A program made the position numbers and the translations under genes. Below the pieces are notes generated by a model. The model was not told the origin of the DNA. It did not search any database and saw only the letters and a list, made by a program, of their open reading frames with translations. A stretch of DNA of 59,076 nucleotides from Eubacteriales bacterium. GTDB taxonomy: Bacteria > Bacillota > Clostridia > Oscillospirales > CAG-382. Of the stretch, positions 50,526 to 59,076 are shown piece after piece. Position 1 is the first letter of the stretch. Every line of letters starts with the position of its first letter. Where the stretch lies: NCBI GenBank assembly GCA_045651025.1, contig JAZRRU010000078.1, forward strand, positions 1 to 59,076, in the 5' to 3' direction.

Positions 50526-52541
50526 TTATCTTTTGCCGGGGCGTCCGCCCATACCGCCGGTACCGAAGACGAGGGTTACCATTTTTATTTCCGCCAAGGT
50601 ATTACCGCCGTCGATTTTCGTGTTGCGCGCAAAGCCGTTTTCATCAGCGTTTTCTACCGTACCGCCTGCGACGAGGGTATAGGTGTTGCCTGCTTGAATT
50701 TCGGGTGCGGAAATGACCGCCGACGAATAGTTTTTCGGGGGAGCGAACGAAACGATCACTCTGCCGTCGCTGTCGCAAAGCGAAAGAGGCGTTCCTGTGT
50801 TACAAGCAGAGAAGCTCGTGCAAATCGTGCCCTGGTTTTCGGCGTTCGTAAATCCCTGTGCCATACCCGAGCTTCCGAGAGCGATGAAGACACCGCCCTT
50901 TACGGTTGCTCCCGACTGACAGTCAAGCGCGCCGTTGCCGTTGTTCGTCGGTCCGCTTACAAGCGTTACACCGCCCGATACGGTTATCGTACCGTTCGAG
51001 TCAATGCCGTCGCCCAAGGCGTTAACGAGGACATTACCGCCCGAAATAATAATTTCGCCGACACCGTTGCCGAACATATCGCCGCCCATACCGCCACCCA
51101 TGCCGCCGGGCTTCGATCCGCTCGGTCTGCTTGCGCCTGCTCCGCCGCCGTGGTCACCGCCGCCGGGGTTGAAGCTTGTGTCGGGTCTCTGCGGTTTTTG
51201 ACCGCCTGAGCCCTCGGGGGGAGTCATGCCGTCCTGACTCGGGGGCTGTTGACCGCCGAAACCTTCTGGGGGAGTCATACCGCCTTGGTTCGGATTTTGC
51301 TGACCGCCGAGGTTATCGTTCGGTCTGCCGAAGTTCGGGTTCTGCGTTCCCGAGCCATCGTTGCCGCCTGCCGCGTTGAGTCCGTCGTCGGAAGCGGTTA
51401 TGTTGATTATACCGCCCGTGATAACGATCTTGCTCGCTTCGAGCCCTTCATAGCTTTTCTTGATGTTTATATTTCCGTTTTCGATTCCGAGGTCGAGGTC
51501 GGCGTGGATTCCGTCGTCCCCGCTCGAAAGCTCGAAGTTACCGTTTTTGATTGAAATGGAGTTGTTCGCGTGGATAGAGTCGTCCTGCGAGTTGATTTTG
51601 AAGTTGCCTCCGTTGATGATAACGTCGTTGACTGCTTTTAGTCCTTTCGCCGGCTCGTCGGAGTTGATTCCGCCGAGGCGGTTGTCCGCACCGCCGTTTG
51701 CGGTCACGGTGATATCCGCGGATTCGATCTTGAGAACAGTCTCCGCCTGAATACCGTCGTTGCCCGAGGTTATATTGAGCTTTCCGCTTTCGATATATAC
51801 GAAACCGCGCCCTTCGTCCTCGGCGTTATCGGAACGGATTCCGTCAGTGCCCGCGTCGACTTTTATCTTGGCATCGGAAATCTTGACGCAATCCTTACCG
51901 TCGATGCCGACACCGATCGAGAAAGCATTAAGCTCGCAGGAAAGGACGCGGATATCGTCTTTTGAGACGATTGCGTGTTTTGTGTTGCCCTTGACGGTGA
52001 GCGTGCCTTTCCCGTTCACGGTAAGGTCGGCACGCGAGAATATCGCACCGTCAACGTTCGTATCGCCGTCCTGAAGAGAATAGCCCGTTCCGTCGGAAAC
52101 AGTGTTGGCAGTACCTTCTTTTGCAGTGAGGAAAACCTTATCGCCCGACTTTATGAAAATGCAGGGGCCTTTCGAGTTCGAGATATTTGCGTTGTCGAGG
52201 ACTATCATGACCTTCTCGGAATCACCCACGGAGACGGTAATCATCTTGTCGGTTATATCGCCCGAGAGGATATAGGTTCCCTCGGAAGTGATTTCGATCA
52301 CGTCGCCTTTATCGACCGCGTTTTTCACGTCCTTTTGCTCAAACGTGCCCTCGCGGTCGCGATCGGAGAACGAGAAGTCCATTCCCGAAATATCTTTAAG
52401 CGAAATCGAAGCGCTTTCCGTCTTCACCTCCGAAACGTCCGAGTTATCATTTGAAACGTCGGGATTGTCGGCAGGAGCGCATGCGGAAAGGGAAAGGGCG
52501 AGAATTAAAATCACAGAAACGAAGCGCGAGAATTTGTTCAA
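50526..52541 (-). CDS. Lipoprotein with parallel-beta-helix repeats of the Cthe_2159 carbohydrate-binding type and an internal Gly/Pro/Gln/Met-rich tract
   Basis: Lipobox ILALSLSACAP. Repeated turns such as ITSGNDGIQA, SQDDSIHA, SSGDDGIHA and ASDDGLNA, interleaved with I.I.(N/G)G.(F/I).I strands. The low-complexity tract GGQQNPNQGGMTPPEGFGGQQPPSQDGMTPPEGSGGQKPQ...GGMGGGMGGDMFGNG is at nt ~51080-51360. Confidence 0.7.
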   Translation of the reverse strand: MNKFSRFVSVILILALSLSACAPADNPDVSNDNSDVSEVKTESASISLKDISGMDFSFSDRDREGTFEQKDVKNAVDKGDVIEITSEGTYILSGDITDKMITVSVGDSEKVMIVLDNANISNSKGPCIFIKSGDKVFLTAKEGTANTVSDGTGYSLQDGDTNVDGAIFSRADLTVNGKGTLTVKGNTKHAIVSKDDIRVLSCELNAFSIGVGIDGKDCVKISDAKIKVDAGTDGIRSDNAEDEGRGFVYIESGKLNITSGNDGIQAETVLKIESADITVTANGGADNRLGGINSDEPAKGLKAVNDVIINGGNFKINSQDDSIHANNSISIKNGNFELSSGDDGIHADLDLGIENGNINIKKSYEGLEASKIVITGGIINITASDDGLNAAGGNDGSGTQNPNFGRPNDNLGGQQNPNQGGMTPPEGFGGQQPPSQDGMTPPEGSGGQKPQRPDTSFNPGGGDHGGGAGASRPSGSKPGGMGGGMGGDMFGNGVGEIIISGGNVLVNALGDGIDSNGTITVSGGVTLVSGPTNNGNGALDCQSGATVKGGVFIALGSSGMAQGFTNAENQGTICTSFSACNTGTPLSLCDSDGRVIVSFAPPKNYSSAVISAPEIQAGNTYTLVAGGTVENADENGFARNTKIDGGNTLAEIKMVTLVFGTGGMGGRPGKR

Positions 52542-53206
52542 AGCGATTCACCTTCTTCTGCGGCTTCATAAATCGAGATTTCGAGGTTGCCGTTACGGCA
52601 TCGAAGCTCGTCGATGAGCTCTTTCGTCTGATTTCTGTTTTTGAGCTTTACGTTATAAGTAAGCTTGTAAAGCGATCCCATGTTTGAGGTTTTTGTTTTT
52701 ACGAGGCGTGAAGATTTCGTGTATTTCTTGAATATGTCGGAAAATGCGTCGGTGAAATGGAGCGATTCGGGAACGGTCACGTTAAGCGTCATAACTCCGT
52801 CGTTTCCGAAAGGGATAACCGAAAGCGCGACGAGAACCGCGCCGACGATAATCGTGAAAAGAATCGCAATTCCCACAAAACCGCCTGCACACGCAAGACC
52901 CGAGGTCATAGAGAGGAATATCGAAACGATATCCTTCGCTTTTCCGGGAACCGAACGGAAACGGACGAGGGAGAACGCGCCCATAACGGCGATGCCCGTT
53001 CCTACGTTGCCGTTGACCATCGTGATAACTGTCGAAACGATCATCGGAAGCAAAACGAGCGAAACGAGAAAGCTCTTCGTAGCGCCCGTGCTGAACGAGG
53101 CGCACGCCGCGGCGATTATACCGCAAATCAACGCACCCGCGATGCAGATGAGGTAGGCCTCGATCGAGAAGCCGTCTTTGATTACAGATTCAAACAGTGC
53201 AGACAT
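52538..53206 (-). CDS. DUF4956-family polytopic membrane protein
   Basis: It has 4-5 TM helices, the motif GAFSLVRFRSVPG..KDIVSIF, and a soluble C-terminal ~80-aa domain. It overlaps both neighbours (17 nt upstream, 4 nt downstream). Confidence 0.7.
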   Translation of the reverse strand: MSALFESVIKDGFSIEAYLICIAGALICGIIAAACASFSTGATKSFLVSLVLLPMIVSTVITMVNGNVGTGIAVMGAFSLVRFRSVPGKAKDIVSIFLSMTSGLACAGGFVGIAILFTIIVGAVLVALSVIPFGNDGVMTLNVTVPESLHFTDAFSDIFKKYTKSSRLVKTKTSNMGSLYKLTYNVKLKNRNQTKELIDELRCRNGNLEISIYEAAEEGESL

Positions 53207-53939
53207 ATTCTTTTTCTCCTTCGGGTTCGTAGGTTTCGATATTTAACGGCGAGAGGCTGGTGGAATCGAGGTAAGCTCTTCCGTATTTTGAAAAGGAAGA
53301 GGGGAGTATATTGAGCGCGTCAAGAGTGTTGGAGAGCCAGACAGGCATCGCGCCGTCGGTTTTGATCTCGAGGATATATTCACCCTTTTCGAGAACGGGT
53401 TTTCCGTGACTTCCGTGCTCAAGCGAAAGGTCGGTATCGCGGTAACGCACGTTTGAGTCGAACGTGACACGCAGGTTCGGCATATTTTTCACGAAATACG
53501 CCTCGCGCTCGTATGCGACAAGCATCCGCGGCTTCAGTTCGCCGTAGAAGTGCATCGCGTAGTCGATTTCGTTCATAATCTGTGATTCCTCGGGGCGCGC
53601 TCCGCTTTCGATATATTGCAACGCGCGCTCGAGCTTTGTGGAAATTCGGCGTTTATATACAACGCCTTTGAACTTTTTCTTTATTTCGAGGAACACCTTT
53701 GAGTCAACCGAGGGAGTTCCGTAGCTTCGGAGTCGGAGCTTTTCTTTGTAGGTCTTTGCCTCGAGCGAATTTCGTATGAGACGGAAGTCGTCCGTGTCGA
53801 GGTAGAGACTGCAGACCGTGCTGTTTTTGTGCGTGTCGGGAATAAGGCGGTCGGCGCAGAGGGATATGAGCGCTTCTTTTTCGGATTCGCTTATGCGATA
53901 TTTCTTTTCGATGCGCTTGAATACGTAAATATCCTTCAA
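53190..53939 (-). CDS. VTC-domain (CYTH/triphosphate-tunnel, polyphosphate-polymerase-like) protein
   Basis: TTG start 8 nt after GAGGAGG. Motifs FKRIEKKY, SLYLDTDDF, KEKLRLRSY, FLEIKKKFKGVVYKRR, YILEIK and C-terminal SFSKYG fit the tunnel beta-strand pattern of VTC/CYTH domains. Confidence 0.72.
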   Translation of the reverse strand: MKDIYVFKRIEKKYRISESEKEALISLCADRLIPDTHKNSTVCSLYLDTDDFRLIRNSLEAKTYKEKLRLRSYGTPSVDSKVFLEIKKKFKGVVYKRRISTKLERALQYIESGARPEESQIMNEIDYAMHFYGELKPRMLVAYEREAYFVKNMPNLRVTFDSNVRYRDTDLSLEHGSHGKPVLEKGEYILEIKTDGAMPVWLSNTLDALNILPSSFSKYGRAYLDSTSLSPLNIETYEPEGEKEYVCTV

Positions 53940-54011
53940 GCTTCGACCTCCTCTCGCGGTTTTGGTGATTTAATTTTAGTCCCGAAACTTAAATCAAGAA
54001 TAAAAAACTAT

Positions 54012-54977
54012 TTAAATTTTGTGAACTTCCTTCAGCTTTTCTTTGACACTCTCGGGTGCGATAATTTCGACGTCGCCTCCGAAGCTCATCACCCAGCCGA
54101 AAAACACGGGACCGGGAACGACGTTTACGTGGATTCGGAAACGGTCGCCGTCGTTGAGTATCGTAACGTCGCTTCCGAACCTGTCGAGCATAACGTTCGC
54201 AAGTCGGTTCGCGCAGGAGAGGGTGACACGTTCCGCCTTTCCGCCGAACATACCAAAGACCGAGCCCGAGTAAGAGGAAAGGTCGAACTTCTCAAACTCG
54301 TCCTTGCCTTGACGCTCGGTTTCGGAGCGAGTGAGGCGGAGCATCTTGTCGACGCGGTAATGGCGTATCTCGTTTTTGTCGTTATCGAACCCGACGAGGT
54401 AATAGTTGCTGTCGTCCCATACGAGCGCCCACGGGCTTACGTGATACCTCTTTCCGTCGCGGCGGAGCTCCTTTTTCTTTTCGGGCGTCCATGAAAAATA
54501 GGCAAAAGAAATGCAGACGTTATCTTCGATCGCTTCGTGGATTATATCGACCGCTTTGTAGATATCCTCGTTGTCGGATTTTGTGCGGTTCGAGACGAAA
54601 ACGGCGCGGTTGAGGGATTTTCGGTCGTGCTCGTTGGCGAGGGAAGCAAGCTTTTTGATGAGGGTCGCGCTTTTCTTTTCGGTTATGAACTTCGAGGCGC
54701 GGACTGCGTCGACGAGGAGCTTGAGCTCGGGGAGCTCAAATTCGCGCTTGCCGACGTAATATCCCGAATACCTGCCCGTCACTTTTTGCACGTCGAGCCC
54801 GAGCTCGCGAAGTGCTTCGAGATCGTCATAGATGCTCTTGCGCTCCGCGCTGATGCCGTAAGACGCCAGAGCGGTAATTATCTCGCGCATCGTTATCGGA
54901 TGCGTTTCGCTCGTGCGTTCGAGAAGTATCGAGCGGAGGAGTGCGAGTTTTTTCTTCTGGTTCGACGATTTTGCCAT
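54012..54977 (-). CDS. HTH + WYL + WCX domain transcriptional regulator (YafY family)
   Basis: N-terminal winged HTH (ITMREIITALASYGISAERKSIYDDLEAL), WYL core YHVSPWALVWDDSNYYLVGFD...IRHYRVDKM, and a C-terminal WCX-like segment ending VEIIAPESV. Confidence 0.85.
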   Translation of the reverse strand: MAKSSNQKKKLALLRSILLERTSETHPITMREIITALASYGISAERKSIYDDLEALRELGLDVQKVTGRYSGYYVGKREFELPELKLLVDAVRASKFITEKKSATLIKKLASLANEHDRKSLNRAVFVSNRTKSDNEDIYKAVDIIHEAIEDNVCISFAYFSWTPEKKKELRRDGKRYHVSPWALVWDDSNYYLVGFDNDKNEIRHYRVDKMLRLTRSETERQGKDEFEKFDLSSYSGSVFGMFGGKAERVTLSCANRLANVMLDRFGSDVTILNDGDRFRIHVNVVPGPVFFGWVMSFGGDVEIIAPESVKEKLKEVHKI

Positions 54978-55127
54978 AAATCTGCCTCTTTTTTTGCTTC
55001 CTATATATTATTTATATATTTTACCCCAAGGCGCGGGAGAAGTCAACCGAAACGGCAAGAAATCGAGCCGATTTGCCCCTATACGGGGGAGAATGTTAAA
55101 TTTTAATATAAATTTAGTAAAAAACCC

Positions 55128-55156
55128 TTGACAAACGCTTGAACGGGTGTTAATAT
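55128..55156 (+). promoter_or_regulatory. Promoter TTGACA-17-TAATAT for rpoB, giving a ~140-nt leader
   Basis: TTGACA at 55128-55133 and TAATAT at 55151-55156. It is divergent from the WYL regulator gene. Confidence 0.55.
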
Positions 55157-55299
55157 AGTAAACTGCATTACAATGCGGAACTTATACCATTTGCGGAGTT
55201 ATGTAAACCGAGCCGATGGCGTAATTTCCGTGCGGAAGGAACGGCAAACGTCGGTATTTCCGTTGTAATACGAGGAAAATGAATGGAGTGATTGGTTAA

Positions 55300-58200
55300 A
55301 TGGTAAAAGAACGACTTCTCGGAAAAACTCTCAGAATGTCTTTTTCCAAAAACGACGAGGTTCTCGAAATTCCAAATCTTATTGAAGTGCAGAAAAAATC
55401 CTTCAAAGATTTCGTCGAGCGTGATATCGGGGATGTATTAAGGGATATCTCGCCTATGGCGGATTATTCGGGCAATCTCATCATCGAGTTTGTCGATTAT
55501 TCTCTTGACGAAACGCCGAAATACAGCATCGAAGAATGCAAAGAACGCGATCTCAATTATGCTACTCCTTTTAAGGTGACCGTTCGTCTTACGAACAAGA
55601 TCACCAGCGAAGTCAAGGAGCAGGAGATCTACATGGGCGATTTCCCGCTTATGACCGACAGCGGTACCTTTATTATCAACGGCGCAGAGCGTGTCGTTGT
55701 TTCTCAGGTCGTCCGTTCGCCCGGTATTTATTATGAAGCGATTGACGACAAATCCGGCAAGAATCTTCTCGCTGCAACCGTGATTCCTTACCGCGGTGCA
55801 TGGCTTGAATACGAAACTGATAACTCCGACGTATTTTACGTTCGTATCGATAAAAACCGTAAGATTCCGATCACCGTTCTCCTTCGTGCGTTCGGTTTGG
55901 GAACCAACGAGGCAATCCTCGAAAAATTCGGTGACGAACCCCTTCTTAAAGCAACCTTCGAAAAGGATACTATGCTTCAGGAAGTTGACCGCGTTATCCA
56001 GACGGGCGGCATGACCAACCCCGTTGACGAAGCGCTCAAAGAAATCTACCGCAAGCTCCGTCCCGGCGATCCCCCCATCGTTGAGAGCGCGCAGATACTT
56101 ATCAACAACCTCTTCTTCGACGAAAAGAGATACGATATCTCTCAGGTCGGCAGATATAAATTCAACAAGAAGCTCGCTATCTCGAGACGTATCACCGGTC
56201 AGACTCTTTCCCGTGATGCTGTTTCTCCCATCACCGGCGAGGTTATCTTCGAAGCAGGCAGAAAACTCTCGAGAACCGAAGCAGAAGCTATCGAAGCTGC
56301 GGGCGTTTGCGAAGTTTGGCTTTCCTGCGCGGACGACGAAAAGGAAACCGAAGTTAAGGTATTCACCAACCGCATGGTTGATGCATCCGCTGTCACCGGC
56401 ATTTCCGACGATATTCTCGGATTCGGCGAATACGTTTCCATCGATCCTCTCGTTCGTATCATCAACGAGGTCGGACTTTCCGACGTTGATGCGTTCAAGA
56501 GAGCTTGCAACAAAGCTATCAACGAGCTCATTCCCAAGCACATCACGATCGACGATATTCTCGCTTCGATCAACTATATCTTCTGCCTCTACCATGGCGT
56601 AGGCAAGACCGATGACATCGACCACCTCGGCAACCGCCGTTTGCGTTCTGTCGGTGAGCTTTTGCTCAACCAGCTCAGAATCGGCTTCTCGAGAATGGAC
56701 AAGATCGTCAAGGAAAAGATGACGACTCAGGATATCGACACTGTTACTCCCCAGTCGCTCATCAACATCCGTCCGATCGTTTCCGCGATCCGCGACTTCT
56801 TCGGCTCGAGCCCTCTTTCCCAGTTCATGGACCAGGCAAACCCCCTCGCAGAGCTTACCCACAAGAGAAGACTTTCCGCGCTCGGTCCGGGCGGTCTCTC
56901 GCGTGACCGTGCATCCTTCGAGGTTCGAGACGTTCACTACACCCATTACGGCAGAATGTGTCCTATCGAAACTCCCGAAGGTCCGAACATCGGTCTTATT
57001 TCCTCGCTTGCAACTTATGCAAAAATAAACAAGTTCGGTTTCATCGAAGCGCCTTACCGCGTTGTTCGTAACGGCGTTGTTACAAAGGACGTCGTCTATC
57101 TTTCTGCTGACGCAGAGGACGAATACGTTGTTGCAACGGCAAACGAGCCGATCGACGAAAACGGCAACTTCCTCAACCGTAAGGTCGTTGCACGTCACAG
57201 AGACGAAATCCTTGAGTTCGAAGCTGCAAAGATCGACCTTATGGACGTTTCGCCGAAGATGGTCGTTTCGGTTGCAACCTCGATGATCCCCTTCCTTGAA
57301 AACGACGATAACACCCGTGCGCTCATGGGTTCGAACATGCAGAAGCAGGCAGTTCCGCTTATGATCACCGACGCTCCTATCATCGGTACGGGTATGGAAT
57401 ACAAGGCGGCTTACGACAGCGGCGTTCTCGTTCTCTGCCGTAACGACGGTATCGTTGAAAGCGTTTCCTCCGACAGCGTTGTTGTCCGTAAGGATAACGG
57501 CGGCACGGACGTCTATAATCTTATCAAATTCAAGCGCTCCAACCAGGGCACTTGCGTAAACCAGCGCCCCGTTGTCAAGAAGGGCGAGAGAATCCTTGCC
57601 GGCGATATCATCGCTGACGGTCCTGCGACCGATCACGGTGAAGTAGCGCTAGGTAAGAACGTTCTTATCGGCTTCATGACCTGGGAAGGTTATAACTACG
57701 AGGACGCAGTCCTCCTTAACGAACGTCTCGTAAGAGATGACGTTTATACCTCTATTCACATCGAAGAATATTACTGCGAATCGAGAGATACGAAGCTCGG
57801 ACCGGAAGAAATCACCCGTGAGCTTCCCAACGTTGGCGAGGACGCGCTCCGCGATCTTGACGCTGACGGTATTATCCGCATCGGTGCAGAGGTTCATTCC
57901 GGCGATATCCTCGTCGGTAAGGTAACGCCCAAGGGCGAAACCGAGCTCACCGCGGAAGAACGTCTCCTCCGTGCGATCTTCGGTGAAAAAGCCCGCGAAG
58001 TCAGAGATACTTCTCTCAAGCTTCCTCACGGCGAAACCGGTATTGTCGTTGACGTTCAGGTATTCTCGCGTGACGATTGTGATATTCTTGCTCCCGGCGT
58101 TATCAAGGTTGCAAGAGTTTACATCGCACAGAAGAGAAAGATCTCTGTCGGCGATAAGATGGCAGGTCGTCACGGTAACAAGGGTGTTATTTCCCGTATT

Positions 58201-59076
58201 CTCCCGAGCGAAGATATGCCCTTCCTCGCGGACGGTACTCCTCTTGATATCGTTCTTAACCCCCTCGGCGTTCCTTCCCGTATGAACATCGGTCAGGTAC
58301 TTGAAGTTCACCTTGGCCGCGCGGCGAAAGAGCTCGGATGGAAGGTTATGACCCCCGTATTCGACGGCGCGAACGAAAAAGACATCGAGGAATGTCTTGC
58401 AAAAGCAAACGTCTACCGCGATCTCCGTTACGATGAAACCGCGGAAGGCAAAGCTATCTACAAAGAAATTACCGATTCCGAGACCGGCAAGAAGCACATC
58501 GAAAAGCTCAGCCGTGAATGGATCGAAGAAAACAAAGAAGAATTTGAATCTCTCCGTTCCGATAACCTCATCAAGGTCGTTGACGGTAAGACCGTTCTTT
58601 ATGACGGACGTACAGGTATGCCGTTCGATAACCCCGTTACCGTCGGTTATATGTACTTCCTTAAGCTCCACCACCTCGTTGACGATAAGATTCACGCTCG
58701 TTCGACCGGTCCTTACTCGCTCGTTACTCAGCAGCCGTTGGGCGGTAAAGCGCAGTTCGGCGGTCAGCGTTTCGGTGAAATGGAAGTTTGGGCGCTCGAA
58801 GCATACGGCGCAGCATACACCCTTCAGGAAATTCTTACCGTCAAGTCCGACGATATCAAGGGCCGTGTAAAGGCATACGAAGCAATCGTCAAGGGACAGA
58901 ATATCCCCACCCCCGGCGTTCCCGCATCCCTCAAGGTTCTTGCAAAGGAACTTCAGTCCCTCGCGCTCGACGTAAGAGTGCTTGACAAGAACGACAACGA
59001 GATTCCGCTCAAGGATTACTCGGATGACGATGACGGACCCGATGAAAGAAAGTTCAGCGAGGAAGAGCTCGGCAAG
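55300..59076 (+). CDS. rpoB: DNA-directed RNA polymerase subunit beta (3' end outside the window)
   Basis: My own translation from ATG 55300 reads [38 protein letters not shown]...[33 protein letters not shown]. The frame stays open for 1259 codons to the window edge. The gene is not in the ORF track because it has no stop. Confidence 0.95.
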   Translation, partial: MVKERLLGKTLRMSFSKNDEVLEIPNLIEVQKKSFKDFVERDIGDVLRDISPMADYSGNLIIEFVDYSLDETPKYSIEECKERDLNYATPFKVTVRLTNKITSEVKEQEIYMGDFPLMTDSGTFIINGAERVVVSQVVRSPGIYYEAIDDKSGKNLLAATVIPYRGAWLEYETDNSDVFYVRIDKNRKIPITVLLRAFGLGTNEAILEKFGDEPLLKATFEKDTMLQEVDRVIQTGGMTNPVDEALKEIYRKLRPGDPPIVESAQILINNLFFDEKRYDISQVGRYKFNKKLAISRRITGQTLSRDAVSPITGEVIFEAGRKLSRTEAEAIEAAGVCEVWLSCADDEKETEVKVFTNRMVDASAVTGISDDILGFGEYVSIDPLVRIINEVGLSDVDAFKRACNKAINELIPKHITIDDILASINYIFCLYHGVGKTDDIDHLGNRRLRSVGELLLNQLRIGFSRMDKIVKEKMTTQDIDTVTPQSLINIRPIVSAIRDFFGSSPLSQFMDQANPLAELTHKRRLSALGPGGLSRDRASFEVRDVHYTHYGRMCPIETPEGPNIGLISSLATYAKINKFGFIEAPYRVVRNGVVTKDVVYLSADAEDEYVVATANEPIDENGNFLNRKVVARHRDEILEFEAAKIDLMDVSPKMVVSVATSMIPFLENDDNTRALMGSNMQKQAVPLMITDAPIIGTGMEYKAAYDSGVLVLCRNDGIVESVSSDSVVVRKDNGGTDVYNLIKFKRSNQGTCVNQRPVVKKGERILAGDIIADGPATDHGEVALGKNVLIGFMTWEGYNYEDAVLLNERLVRDDVYTSIHIEEYYCESRDTKLGPEEITRELPNVGEDALRDLDADGIIRIGAEVHSGDILVGKVTPKGETELTAEERLLRAIFGEKAREVRDTSLKLPHGETGIVVDVQVFSRDDCDILAPGVIKVARVYIAQKRKISVGDKMAGRHGNKGVISRILPSEDMPFLADGTPLDIVLNPLGVPSRMNIGQVLEVHLGRAAKELGWKVMTPVFDGANEKDIEECLAKANVYRDLRYDETAEGKAIYKEITDSETGKKHIEKLSREWIEENKEEFESLRSDNLIKVVDGKTVLYDGRTGMPFDNPVTVGYMYFLKLHHLVDDKIHARSTGPYSLVTQQPLGGKAQFGGQRFGEMEVWALEAYGAAYTLQEILTVKSDDIKGRVKAYEAIVKGQNIPTPGVPASLKVLAKELQSLALDVRVLDKNDNEIPLKDYSDDDDGPDERKFSEEELGK

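Noticed and set aside
54012-54977. The WYL regulator as a marker of an anti-phage defence island
   Set aside because: No nuclease, helicase, cyclase, Cas, BREX or toxin-like genes are adjacent. Its neighbours are the VTC/DUF4956 operon and rpoB, so I interpret it as the regulator of the VTC module rather than of a defence system.
55438-58695. Two long minus-strand ORFs (732 and 348 aa)
   Set aside because: They lie antisense to rpoB. rpoB is missing from the ORF track only because it has no stop in the window. My own translation from 55300 gives canonical RpoB sequence.

Overview
This is a 59-kb chromosomal window. Gene content points to a Gram-positive anaerobe of the Firmicutes/Clostridia type (inference). 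The supporting signs are rny-ymdB and cysteine-desulfurase-thiI synteny, dockerin/cohesin modules, lipobox lipoproteins, TTGACA-17-TATAAT promoters and GGAGG ribosome-binding sites. I support about 36 protein genes, 2 single-gene tRNA units (Gln-CTG, Val-GAC) and a 3'-truncated rpoB.

Housekeeping genes: uppP, ftsK, a transsulfuration PLP enzyme, a beta-CASP RNase, cinA/pncC, thiI, a NifS/IscS-like desulfurase, rny, ymdB, yajC, an M29 aminopeptidase, ferredoxin and a tRNA m6A methyltransferase.

Accessory or unusual content:
(1) A 12.3-kb gene for a 4099-aa secreted protein. It has CBM9/DOMON-like modules, about 24 Cys3-His mini-modules and two DUF4127-like domains.
(2) A WYL regulator followed by a translationally coupled trio of VTC domain, DUF4956 membrane protein and Cthe_2159-like beta-helix lipoprotein. 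I know of no demonstrated function for this bacterial module.
(3) Two unrelated-in-sequence but architecturally identical intergenic 'fixed 7-mer word + variable hairpin' arrays.
(4) A dispersed ~69-nt nested-hairpin repeat.
(5) Two secreted-protein genes each broken by one in-frame stop.
(6) A 1783-aa membrane-anchored S8 protease carrying both dockerin- and cohesin-like modules, plus other dockerin proteins.
(7) Duplicated lipoprotein genes with identical 5' ends and terminators.
(8) Tandem acyl-CoA ligase paralogs behind a consensus promoter with a palindromic spacer.

No CRISPR array, rRNA, transposase or prophage genes were seen. All family assignments come from reading motifs by eye and from memory of family signatures, so each needs HMM or structure confirmation.
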